From: Tubulanus polymorphus
Taxonomy: Eukaryota; Animalia; Nemertea
Length of the DNA stretch: 64,000 nt
NCBI RefSeq assembly: GCF_964204645.1
Contig: NC_134025.1
Span: forward strand, 14,818,001-14,882,000
Direction: 5' to 3'
The position numbers and the translations under genes are program-made. Numbering within the stretch: the first letter of the stretch is position 1; the number at the start of each line of letters is the position of its first letter. Below are positions 39,936-52,323 of this stretch, piece after piece. Below the pieces are notes generated by a model that worked only from the letters and a program-made list of their open reading frames with translations, was not told where the DNA came from and made no database searches.

Positions 39936-40294
39936 TGTAATGTATGCCCCCAGCCGGCTGCTCGTTTTAGTTTACGCTGGTCCGGCCTGCGGTCCGTCTC
40001 CCCAAGGTCGGTGGAGATATTTTTTGGCGTGTTCGCGGGGATTGTCTTTCGGGCGCTTTGGGCGCATAGTTTTATTATTTTTGTCGCTGTGGCTTCACTG
40101 TCTGTAGGTTTCACTTACTTCATTTTTATCTTTTACTTTGTTTTAATATCTTAAATACTAAGTGTCCTTATATTCCCTTTTTTTTGTATTTTGTAGTTAA
40201 TCGTTTCCGCTGTAATAAACGCATATGACGACCTTGAACTCAATACCGTGGATTTTTAGTTTATTTCTTAGCTAAGAAGGTTCTAAGCCCCACA
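39936..40294 (+). repeat. BEL 5' LTR (359 bp)
   Basis: Runs TGTAATG...CCCACA with AATAAA at about 40214. By eye it differs from the 3' LTR by 2 substitutions and a 2-nt poly-T length difference. Confidence 0.95.
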
Positions 40295-40324
40295 TCATTA
40301 ACGACACGCCGTAGTATTAGTAAA

Positions 40325-43300
40325 ATGAAGAAGAGTCGTTCATTAGTCGCAGATAGGACTCCAGTTGGCCGTGTTATGCCAGCACTCCGAACGGCAGGTG
40401 TTTCACTGCCTGGAGACTGCTCAAACTCAGATGATGAAATCACAGTTAGAAAAAGGGTTCAAGAATGGGTCGCAGAATCTAGTCACGTAATAAAAGAAAC
40501 CATTCCCGTTAACAATGACGGCCAATCCGAAAATGAGTCAGTTGCATCTGGTCAAACAACATCCTCTGTCCGTTCTATGCGTATTCAAGAAGAACAACGT
40601 AAAGCTGAATTAGCAGCAGATTTTAAAGCGTTAGAAATGAAACTTAATATAGCGAGAAGACGGTTTGAATTAGAACAAGAGGAGCAGCGACTAGAATTGT
40701 TAACTAAAATGAAAAAGACTGAAGCGCGATCTAATATATTGGAAAAATATGATACACCTATTGATTTCGTGTCAAACAACGCTGTAGAAAACGTTAGTCT
40801 GAAGCAAACTGACTCATCGGTATCTGAAGCGAGGAGTAATACACCCGATAGACCAGCATCCGATCCTAACGGCACGCTTGTTCAAGAATTGCGTAAACCA
40901 CACACAACGGTGCAGAAATTTAGTGGCGACCCACTAAAGTTTAGAAAATTTCTGCGTCAGTTTGACAGCCACATTGTATGTTACACTTCGGATGCAGCAG
41001 AAAAAATGAACTTTTTGGAGCAGTTTACCTCTGGCGAAGCACACGATATAGTAAGCGGATTCAGCTATTTAGAGCCAGCTACCGGGTATCAAGCTGCGTT
41101 AGATGAATTTGAAGTTAGGTATGGAGATACAGAGGTAATCGCAAACGCTTTCATAGCCAAGGCACTCAGCTGGCCATTGATTAAACCTGATCGACCGAAG
41201 GAGTTAGATAAATTTTCGATCTTTCTCACCGAGTGTTTGTATGCGGTCAAGCACATAGATGGCGTTCGCGTCTTAGAATATTCTTCGAACATTAAAGGGC
41301 TTATGTTGAAGTTACCGTACTACCTACATGATCGTTGGCGTAACCATCATTCGAATTCGAGATAACAGAGAATCGGTTACATTTGAAGCTTTTGTTAAAT
41401 TCGTCAGTCGAGAGTCTAGAAAGCTTAATGATCCAATTTACGGTAAAAGCACATCACTCATTGATAGCGTAAAACCGGCTCCGTATAAAAAACCAAGTCC
41501 TCGTCCGTCTGGAAGCTTCACTATTAGTGCACACAAGGCTAATTATAGTGAAAAACATAGAACCGCCGACGATAAATTCCGTTTTAACAAGGTCGAATCG
41601 AATCCGAGCGAATCAGCAAATAGTATTAGCAGACCATGCATTTTCTGTAAAGACGAATCGCATAATCTTCTAAATTGTCAGTCTTTCGAAAAAGACACCG
41701 ATGAAAGTAAAACGGAACTATTGAAACGTCACTCACTATGCTTTGGATGCTTAAGGACCGGTCATCGTAAGAAGTTTTGTAGAAATTTAATGGTATGTGA
41801 GAATTGTGGTAAGAGCCACCCCACCGTGCTACATTTTCGTGATCGTATAAATTCGTCAGTTACCGGCCCTAGCGAAACAGGACTCACGGGGCATACAGGA
41901 GTCCAAAGTAGCTGCTCATTAGCAATCATTCCAGTGCGCTTGAGTACTAAAAATGGTACAAAATCCGTCACGACATATGCGTTCTTCGATCCTGGAAGTA
42001 CCATCACGTTTGTTAGTGATCAGATTCGTGAACAATTGAATTGTTCGGGAAAGAAAAGTACATTGTCGGTACAGACAATCGATAGTGTCAATGTAATCGA
42101 ATCATACGCATTAAATAATATATCTGTTCACAATTATTGGACCGGCGAATCTGTTTTAATTCCGCGAGCCTATTCAAAGGCTGATATTCCCGTATCGTCA
42201 AGGTATGTACCGAACCTTGAAGATGTTCGAAAATGGCCGCATCTTCACGATGTTAGTGTCGCTGAATTACCTTGTAAACAAATCGGAATTCTAATCGGTA
42301 ATAATATCGCAGAGGCATATACGCCAGTAGAGATGCGTACGGGACCTCCTGGTTCTCCACATGCCTGTAAGACCGCTCTAGGCTGGGTCGTTTGGAACCT
42401 GTGCCCTAAGGAGGCGAGCTCCTTCTTTACTGCTAGTACAGCCATTACAGAAGTTCACGACCAAAACCTAGAAAATCTAGTTCGTGGCGCGATGGCCTTG
42501 GACTTTCCGGATCATTTTGGTACTGAGAAACAAGAACTGTCGCAATTAGATAAGCGTTTCCTCAAGCAAGTCGATAAATCGATAAATTTGCGTGATGGCC
42601 ACTATACTATTGGGTTGCCTGTTGTGTCGGAAAACGTCTGTTTACCTGATAATCGTTGTTACGCGGAGCGCAGATTGAATAGTCTCAGGAGGAAGTTAGT
42701 TAGCGATGCGAAACTATACGGTAGTTATAAACTTGTTATCGACACTATGCTTGAACTGGGGCATGCTGAGCCAGTACCATTGTACGATGTCGCTGTTTCC
42801 GGAAAAACATGGTACTTGCCGCACCACGCGGTGTTGCATGCAGCAAAACCAGGAAAAGTACGGGTCGTTTTCGATGGTTCCTCCAAGTTTTTCAGAGTTT
42901 CATTGAACGATTGTCTTTTACAAGGACCTGACTTTACGAATTCATTATTAGGCGTACTACTTAGATTTCGGGAAAATGCAATAGCCATAAAGGCGGATAT
43001 AACTAAGATGTTTTACCAAATACACGTACCACCTGAAGATCGCAATCTGCTTAGATTCCTATGGTGGAAAGACGGAGACATAAAAACCGACCCGCTGATT
43101 TATCGTTTGACTGTTCATCCGTTCGGAGCAAAATCATCTCCATCGTGTGCTAACTATGCACTCCACCAGACGGCTTATGACAATACCGACTTTGCAGAAT
43201 CAGTCCGCCAGTGTGTTTTAAGAAACTTTTATGTCGACGATTTCATTAAATCAGTTAAAACTGAAAGCGAAGCCCTAGACCTCGTTGCGGGCGTAAGTAA

Positions 43301-45807
43301 TCTATGTAATTGCGGAGGATTTTGCTTAACAGGATGGTTAAGCAATAGTCGTTGCGTTCTTTCATCAATAGACGAAGCAAAGTTGTCAAAAAATGTAGCT
43401 GATATGAACTCTTACGACTTTAGTCTCCCAGCTGAACGTACGCTGGGCATATTATGGTGCGCTGAGTCTGATGTATTCAAATTCGATATCGAGACTTCAG
43501 ATACTATTCCTACGAGACGTTCTATTCTATCTTATGTGAGCGGTATATATGATCCAATTGGCTTTCTGGCACCATACATACTGCCTGCTAAAATTCTTCT
43601 ACAGGAATTGTCGCAGAAATGCTGGCTGGGATGACGAACTACTACAATCAGAGCGTGAAATCTGGGCTACGTGGCTACAGAGTATTCAGCGTGTAAATAA
43701 ATTAAGAATACGTCGTTGTTACAATCCGTGTAACTTTGGAGAGGTGGAACAGTGTCAGTTACACTGTTTTGCTGACGCAAGCGAATCGGGTTATGGTGTC
43801 GCCACTTACATGCGGACCACAGACTCACAGGGAAATGTATCGTGTATGCTTGTGCTCGGAAAGTCTCGCGTGGCTCTGCTTAAGGTCACTACGATCCCAC
43901 GTCTCGAATTGACCGCCGCCCTTACTGCAGTTAAGCTGAGTCTAGCGATCATCAGAGAGTTAGATATTAAAATAGATGATTTGATTTACTGGACCGATAG
44001 TAAAGTAGTTTTAGGGTATCTGAGAAATGAAACCGCGAGATATCGTACGTTTGTTGCAAATCGAGTGTCAGCGATACGAGAAGGTTCCGATATAAGTAAT
44101 TGGCGCTACGTAAATACTGAACTCAATCCGGCAGATGATGCCTCACGTGGGTTTACCATTATAGATGAACAACGAGAGAATAGATGGTTTAATTGGCCTA
44201 TAGACTGTGAAATCATCGGCACTGAGTGCGACTCAGAGGTGAAACATTGCGGTGTCACCAGTGTTACGGAAGAATCAGGTCTAGATAGAGTGATAAATCA
44301 TTATTCTAACTGGCATCGACTCAGGCGCGCGGTTGGTTGGTTTATTTCCGTGAAATCATATTTGAAATCTAAGGCAGAAATGCGACGTAGATTAGATGGT
44401 CAACCTAAGCAGATCGTTGAAGTGGCCTTGATCAAACTTAAGGTCAAAAGACCATCAGTCAAATCGCTAGAAGTAGCTATGGAAGTTCTAATCCGATGTC
44501 AACAAAGAAAATTCTATAGCGACGAATTCGAATCCTTAAAGAAGGATGAAAAGAAGCGTGTAAAACGGTGTAGTCCGCTGCATAAATTCGACACATTTAT
44601 AGACGAATCGGGTATTCTGCGTGTAGGCGGACGTACTAGTCGAGCAAGTGTTCCGTTTGAAGCTCGTCATCCTATTATCTTGCCGAAATTGTCACATTTA
44701 TCGAGACTGTTGATACGTGAAACCCATGCCGATATGGGCCACCTGGGAAAACAAGCTGTTTTAAGCAAACTGCGTGAGAATTACTGGATTCAGGGTGGAC
44801 CAGGTCTATCCTTGGAAAGTGTGTTCCGTGCCGAAAATACCAGGGTAGACTTTGTCAACAAAAAATGGCCGATCTACCGTCAGAAAGACTAGCCATCCGA
44901 GAACCACCATTCTCATGTACAGGTGTTGACTATTTCGGACCATTCGTAGTTAAGCACAAAAGATCCGAAGTAAAACGTTATGGCGTAATCTTTACCTGTA
45001 TGACTTCGCGTGCCGTACATCTAGAAATTGCTCATTCCTTAGAGACAGACTCGTGTATAGATGCGTACCGACGGTTTATAGCTAGACGGGGGCCGGTACG
45101 CTCCCTTCGTTCAGATAATGGTACAAATTTAGTAGGTACTAAGTCAGAATTAGAATTGTCATTGAAAAAGCTTGATTCGGATAAAATCAGTTATGTATTA
45201 GAGAAATTAGTGAGTAAAGTGGGAGTTTAACCCACCTACAGGTTCACATTTTGGGGGGATCTGGGAAAGGCTTATACGAGATGTTAGGAAAGTTTTATAT
45301 GGGCTGCTCAAAGAGCACCCGGGTCGTTTAACTGATGAATCTCTGGTTACTCTTATGTGTGAAGTTGAATGTATTTTGAACAATAGGCCTCTTACGAGAC
45401 AGTCAGGTGACGTGACTGATAATCCCCCACTAACTCCCAATCACCTTTTACTAGGTAGAGGTATTAGTTGTGATATTCCAGGTCTATTTGTAAAAAATGA
45501 TTTGTATGTCCATAAACGCTGGCGTAGTGACCAGTATCTGACCGACCAGTTCTGGCGCAGGTGGTTAGCTGAGTACTTTCCTCTTTTACAGGAGCGCCAG
45601 AAATGGCAGTCACCTAAACGTAATGTCCAGATTAATGATGTAGTTTTATTGGCCGATAGTGGCTCAAGACATAGTTGGGCCATGGGAAGAGTCATTGAAA
45701 CCTATCCTGACTCCATAGGGCTTGTCAGATCTGTAAAGGTTAAAACATTCAATAACGAACTTGTACGTCCGATTCACAAGTTGGTTTTATTATTAGAAGC
45801 CGAGTAA
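40325..45807 (+). pseudogene. BEL/Pao gag-pol polyprotein with frameshifts
   Basis: FSGDP gag region, three Cys/His knuckles (CIFC..H..C, CFGC..H..C, CENC..HPTVLH), protease FFDPGS, RT WYLPHH and YVDD, RNase H FADAS/TIPRLEL/WTDS/NPAD, integrase VDYFGP/SDNGTN/GGIWER and C-terminal FWRRW. Split over five or more ORFs. Confidence 0.95.
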
Positions 45808-46206
45808 TGGTAAAAACTTGTAATACTTATATTTCTCGAGTTTAATCTGTCATTTAAGTAATTTAATTGATAAATTTACTGATCTTGTTTTTGTATTATG
45901 CTTGAGTCAGAATTTGATTTTTGCATTTTACTTTTGTATTTAATGTAAAAGGGGACTATAGCATGTATTGGTGTTGAGTGTAGCATGCTCTTGACATTTC
46001 AAGTGGCTTAAACGTCTTAATTTTGTTATTAAGAAGTTGTAATTTTCTAGTTTAGTTAAATTTTTTGAAGTATTTGATGATGGATAAGAATAGTGTATCT
46101 TTTGATGGTATCGTGATCTTGCCTTCAGTGAAGCTAGGCATAAGATAAGTTCATTTTATTATGATAGTTAATTGTGAGAAATTGGTTGGGCAATTTCGGG
46201 GGTCGG

Positions 46207-46567
46207 TGTAATGTATGCCCCCAGCCGGCTGCTCGTTTTAGTTTACGCTGGTCCGGCCTGCGGTCCGTCTCCCCAAGGTCGGTGGAGATATTTTTTGGCG
46301 TGTTCGCGGGGATTGTCTTTCGGGCGCTTTGGGCGCATAGTTTTATTATTTTTGTCGCTATGGCTTCACTGTCGGTAGGTTTCACTTACTTCATTTTTAT
46401 CTTTTACTTTGTTTTAATATCTTAAATACTAAGTGTCCTTATATTCCCTTTTTTTTTTGTATTTTGTAGTTAATCGTTTCCGCTGTAATAAACGCATATG
46501 ACGACCTTGAACTCAATACCGTGGATTTTTAGTTTATTTCTTAGCTAAGAAGGTTCTAAGCCCCACA
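46207..46567 (+). repeat. BEL 3' LTR (361 bp)
   Basis: Direct repeat of 39936-40294. Confidence 0.95.
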
Positions 46568-46854
46568 CCACATGTTATGCGATACAGAGAAATGGCGAAA
46601 TTTGTGGAGAAATTAATCAATTTCTCAAGATAATATTGATTAATCGCTCGAAACATACATAAAATTGGATTATTTCAAAAGGTACCTGTGTTAGTTTGTG
46701 ATTTAAGCCATTAATTGTGGACTGAAGTGAATAGAAAGTATAATTTTGAAGTGTTACTTTTTTCAACTGTGCTTTGGCCCTTGTCATCCCTAACATTGGT
46801 ATAAGCCCATCCGATTATAAAAAGCTTACCACCAATGATTAGGTAACTAACTAG

Positions 46855-47882
46855 GTTCATCTAGACCAGTATGGAAAAGATTGGGTTCGTTATTGTGCAA
46901 CTGCACAATACATGTATAATACATTTTCATCAGCCCAATTAGGTGGTCATTCATCCTATTATTAACTGTTTTTCTGGGAACCAACAAACATTTCAGGTTT
47001 ACAGTTTCAACCGTTATTAGGACTAACCAATACTAAGGAAGTATATATTCACCAGTTGAGACAAAGATTTGCTGATACTTCTAAATTTATTTCACAGTTA
47101 CAAAGGAGATAGCAAGTGTCACAAAAGGAGAAGATAACTCAACAATAATCGAGATGTCCGATTTATTCGAAGGGATAACTCGTATATCTGTATAAACCAG
47201 ATAGTTCGTCTCTAACATCAAACATGAAAACATGAACATGAAAAAGTTCACAGCCAAATACGTTGGTCCATTTGTTATTAGTGATGTTCTCGATTCTACT
47301 CATGTTTTGCTTACAGATATGAAAGGAAGATTACTTTGTGATGTATTAAGTATTAATCGTCTGAAACCAGCATTTATTAGAGGAGACAATGGTACAACTA
47401 TATCGAATTTGATGAAATTACAAGCGTTGAACAAAACTGATAATTCTGATTCGTGCCATCTATCAAAAGCTCAATTTAAGATCGTCGATGAAAGTGGTGA
47501 AATTTTATCAACAGGAGATGATGAATTTGTGTATATAGCTCAATATGAACCTATTAATCATGATTTTTATTCAGTTACCATGCATACTAATAATGGCTTA
47601 TCTTCAAAAGATATTTTGTCTGAGTCTCATCAGTTGAAATTGTTGGATAAAGTTGAAACTTCCATTCCAGGAAATGCTGAGTATTCATTGGTGAAAGCAA
47701 GATTTAAAGCAGGGGAACTTCAGTTATTGTTATCGTTTGACTCGGAGAACGGGAATATTGAAACGATTTGGTTCAATCCAGCTTCGGATGTGAACTATGT
47801 ACATATCGTAAACAGTGTGTTGAATAGCAAAATTAGAGTAACGGGTTCGCATTACAAATTTATGGATAATTTATGTTTTTGA
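46855..47882 (+). pseudogene. Gypsy integrase C-terminal remnant
   Basis: VHLDQYGKDW..YMYNTF..SSY, followed by KKFTAKYVGPFVI (GPY/F module) and INRLKPAF. Confidence 0.85.
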
Positions 47883-48017
47883 GAGTTACTTGAATCATAT
47901 ACATTAATAGTTTCAATTGTATTACCATACTCAGGGTGCATATACAATATTTTTACATGTGTATTAATGGAAAATTTGTATTTACAGGTAAACAAACAAA
48001 CTAACAAACTGTAAACA

Positions 48018-48800
48018 AACTAGAATGAGGCAAAGCCTCAAATGCCCTCGGCCTGAAATTCACCGCCACGTGAAGTTACAGAGTTTGTGGTAAATGCGTT
48101 AGAAATATCATGGCCTCAATTATTTCTATAAGAATGATATAAGAGAACATTGCACAATTTTAAATAGGGTTCTGGCCCAAGTGATACTCTACTTGTGTAC
48201 CGAATTTGAAAACAATCGATCAATAATTGCGTCCTCAAGGCTTTTAACGTCATTGTTCAAGTTGGCCCCCTGGTGGTCATAATTTGAATCAATTCAACCC
48301 AATTTTAAATAGGGTTTTGGCTCAAGTGACATCCTACTTGTGTACCAAGTTTGAAATGAATCGGTCAACAATTGCAGCCACTAGGCTGTTAACGTCGTTT
48401 TTTCATGTCAGCCCCCTGGCGGCCATAATTTGAATCAAATCGGCTCCATTTTAAATAGGGTTCTGGCCCAAGTGATATCCTACTTTTGTACCAAGTTTGA
48501 AATGAATCGGGTACCAATTGCGGCCTCAAGGCTTTTAACGTCGTTCATCATGTCAGCCCCCTGGTGGCCATAATTTGTATCAAATCGACCCCACTTTAAA
48601 AAGGGTTCTGGCCCAAGTGATGTTCTACTTGTGTACCGAGTTTGAAATGAATCGGTCAACAATTGCGGCCTCTAGGCTGCTAGCGTCAATTATCATGTCG
48701 GCCCCCTGGTGGCCATAATTCGAATCAAATCGACCCCATTTTAAATAGGATTCTGCCCCAAGTTTGAAATGAATCGGTCACCAATTGCAGCCTCATGTCT
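48018..48800. mobile_element. HINE-like element (family D) with a 145-146 bp tandem array; far end not found
   Basis: AACTAG start with GAGGC-AAA-GCCTC hairpin. TAAA(T)AGG anchor at 48161, 48306, 48452, 48597 and 48742. Confidence 0.65.
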
Positions 48801-48971
48801 ATCAGCTGCAGAGGTCTATCCCCCTTATACATTTCAAGACCCAAAAATAACAAAATTGCTGGCTGCAACGAATTTGTTAGATCCAAACATGAATGTGCTC
48901 TTCTTTGGCATAGAATTTGGACTGATTCTAATGAACCAACTCACGGTACCATTTTTGAATTACGTAAAAAT

Positions 48972-49564
48972 ACAAGAGCCCCAAGGGGCACTATGGCCAG
49001 CCTGTCAGCTTTTCATAAAATGGCAAATGATGCATTCTGTGGGTTATATTTGTTAAAATACACTCCCAGCTCAGAGTCAATACCTAATAATTTACACAAT
49101 ACAATTGTGTACAACAGACAGCGACTGGAGCTGGCAGGAACAAATACCTCAGATAAATCTTTTCCCTTGGTCTTATTGGTTTGAATGCGGAATAGAATTG
49201 AAATTGCTATTTAAATGCAATTTTAGAATCTTAAAATAAAACCTGGAAGTAAAACGGTAGACGATACCGCGGGTTCACGTGAACACCTGCTGATCTTGGT
49301 GGCTAAGCCAATCATAGATGAGTCTTTGCTTTCTGATTGGCTTTTAAAAACATAAAGATATTTTTGCGATCAAACTTTGGCAAAAAAGCTCGTAATTAAT
49401 TTTAATGAGGCCCCCTTTCCAAAATTTAGCTTCATAGAGTTTGGAGAATGGATAATGCTTAAATGAATGGTTTGTATGAATATATGCTCAGTTGCACAGT
49501 CTTAGAGCCTTTGCTCTGGAAACCATGTCATTTAAATTCACTCCATTTTATACAGTTATAGGCT
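48972..49564. mobile_element. HINE family A, copy 3 (terminal hairpin lost)
   Basis: Starts ACAAGAGCCCCAAGGGGCACTATGGCCAGCC and is colinear with copies 1 and 2. Confidence 0.75.
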
Positions 49565-51010
49565 GTTTGTATAGTTATAGTTAAAAACCATTCCCAGCCT
49601 TGCTTGACGATCTATTCTTGATTAAATGTAGCCAGCACAAGTGGACTGGGGTTGATGTTTATGAGATATTCCAGAGATATCATTATGATAAGACCTGTTG
49701 ATAGTAACCTATCTTGTTAACGGAATCTTTAGGTGTCCAAAAAGACTTCAGTGCAGTTTCAGTAGACTTTGCCTAAACCGGTACTAGTTTACCAACACAT
49801 TTTTAGAAGAAGTTTGTAGTTTTTCATTTGTTTTGTTGTATTTTGTCTAAAAAATTCAGTTTTCTTTTAATGTTCATTCATTATAAAGCTTTTCTAATAT
49901 CTTTAAAAAATCACTCCCAAGTAGCCCTTGAGAGTGGTTTACGAGAGTAGTAAATAGTTCTCCATGATTCTGATACGGCAAGGACTGCATTACAATACAA
50001 ACACTCCAAATTCAGTCTATTGACTAAGTAATTGATATCACATGCTACAAACACCAGTTGTTTGAACCAGACTACCAAAAAATGACTGAATTGTACAAGG
50101 AAATGACCGACCCAGTCATTTGACACTTGGCAATGTAATCTGGTCTAGTTATCGTAAGCAAAATCAAAAGCTTGGGGAGAAAAATATGAATTTGATTATG
50201 AATTTGACACATACCACTGTTGTGAATAGGGTAAATCTAAGTATTCAGTCCATAGTCTAAATATCTTGAAAAATCAGATCAAGCACACTTTTTGCACTTC
50301 GATGCAATTTTTTTCATCGGTTTTCTAGGATAATATTGAAAATCATAAATTCTTTCATACATACCAAATTAGAGGAAGTACAGAATACAAAACAGTTATT
50401 TGGCAGAGCAGGAAAGTTACAATCACTGCCAATACAGCCCTGAAATGAAACCAACGTAAAATTGAAAACAAAAATGAAACATAACTCCGTTTTCATTTGC
50501 GTTTAGTTTTACATCGTTCATACCGCGTTCTGTAATTCGTTTTTGTTTAGTTCCGACTGCCTTCTACACTTGTTAGGGACGATTATCCGTTTCAGAATTA
50601 AGCGTTTTGCTGCACGCTTATGGGTGCAACAAAATTTCGAACGCTCCTATTAGGCGTTTATAATGTTACTGCATGTATTTTACCATGTAGTCATCCAAAT
50701 ACAAGAAGTTGCACTCGAAAAGATGGAAGCTGCTATTAATACGTTCGTGCATTCGATGTGCGCGCGCCAGACGCGTTGAATTTGAACGGCAGTAGTAACT
50801 AGTTTGATTAGTATTTCTATTTCGTTTAATCAAAAAATGCAAAACAAAAACGCAACGATCTCCGTCGAACGCAGGATGCGTTATGAGTAATGTTTCTTCT
50901 AGGCTGTATCTTACTACAATGGAGTTTTATTAAAAGGCAATTGCCATCAAAATTGCCATTGCCATTGTATTTTCTGTGATAACAGAACCAGAAGAAATTG
51001 CTTTGGTTTT

Positions 51011-52323
51011 AAATGCTCCACAAGGTAACATTTCAATATTCAACACCCATATACTGAAGCGAATGACCTTGATACTCACTACAATCATAGAACATGTCAT
51101 GAGCTACAAATTTTAATTCATTGTGGTAACAAAAAATGCTTCTAGGTACTAATATAATATGGAAATACTAAGCTATTCTTCTATTCAACGCCCCCTGGTA
51201 TATCAATGAACCAATGACCTTGAAACTCAAACAACAATCATACAAGATGGTACACAAAATATGCCTTGTTACCAATTTAATATGGAAATACTAAGTTATT
51301 CTACTATTCAACGCCCCCTGGTGACCATATGCAAAACCCAATGACCTTAAAACTCACCACAATCATAGTACATAACATGAAATACAACTTTGCAATTGAT
51401 CATGGTAACAAAATATGCCTAGGTACAAATCTAATAAGGAAATACTAAGCTATTCTACTATTCAACGCCCCCGTATAAATATGGAATAACTAATGGCCTT
51501 AAAAACTCACCACAATCATAGACGATGTCATGAACTACAACTTTGCAATTGATCATGGTAACGAAATATGCCTAGGTACGAATATAATATAATATAGAAA
51601 TACTAAGTTATTGTATTATTCAACGCCCCCTGGTGACCATACACAAAAACCAATGACCTTGAAACTCACCACAATCATAGAACACCTTATGACCTACAAC
51701 TTTCCAATTGATAATAGCAACAAAATATGCTTAGGTATCAATTGAATGTGGAAAAACTTTTTCCCACCTACGAATGAGTACTGATGACACCGAGATGGCC
51801 GCCAATTGCGTCATAATTGGCTGATGAAAAATACCTGTCTCAGGTATAAAACATCCCTTTCCAAAGAATACCCATCACAAATTGCAATGAGAAATGGCAA
51901 ACCAGTAGGAAGCTACAGGACCTAGAATTCTGGCCAAAATTGACATTTTGGCCACTAAAAAGGTCATAGGACACCATCTTGAGTCAGATTGACCCAATTT
52001 TTCTTATGCCGATGGGCCCTTGGTAGATTCAAATATAAACGAAAGATCAAGGTAATTGATCAAAGCGTCTTCAAAATTTCCCTCAAAAACTTCAAAAATG
52101 TGTAAAAAGTGCTGATTTTGGCGAACAACAATGGCTGCCATCTTGATTCTGGCAGGGACAGTTTTTGGGCTGAAGATGTGTCTAGGGTATAAACCAAATA
52201 TCAAGACATTACATTGAAGCGTCTTCAAAACTTCCCAAAATAACTGGATTCCGTCTACGGATGGACGGACGGACGAAAAGTGAACGCAATAGCCCGCTGG
52301 GACTAAAGTCCCAAGTGGGCTAA
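51011..52323. mobile_element. HINE family B, copy 1 (start truncated) with about 154-bp tandem array
   Basis: About 5 TTCAACGCCCCCTGG units, a (GGAC)n tract and the terminal hairpin GCCCGCTGGGAC-TAAA-GTCCCAAGTGGGC. Colinear with 59626-60891. Confidence 0.85.

Larger units (their letters stand above)
39936..46567 (+). mobile_element. Near full-length BEL/Pao LTR retrotransposon
   Basis: Two near-identical LTRs, 5-bp TSD CCACA (39931-39935, 46568-46572), a G-rich PPT-like tract before the 3' LTR, and BEL gag-pol motifs. Confidence 0.97.
39396..46854. mobile_element. About 0.8-kb TIR MITE (pieces 39396-39935 and 46573-46854) inserted in the Gypsy integrase and split by BEL
   Basis: GTTCATCT is duplicated (39388-39395, 46855-46862). 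Imperfect TIR TAGTCAGTAACCT / AGGTAACTAACTA. Removing the element restores integrase IKVHLDQYGKDW. Confidence 0.8.
33917..47882 (+). mobile_element. Degraded Ty3/Gypsy retrotransposon hosting three nested insertions; 3' LTR not found
   Basis: Order is LTR-like, gag, protease (LFDSGA), RT (SPCFPIRK..VTDFRYLN), RNase H (FSDTS, YSISELE), integrase (YHDVLLSSHQG..CTKC, SLDF, HDKQ, YVGPF). Many stops. Confidence 0.85.

Noticed and set aside
39926-46425. Duplicated ORFs MKPTDSEA.. at 39926 and 46134
   Set aside because: These are antisense translations of the two BEL LTRs.
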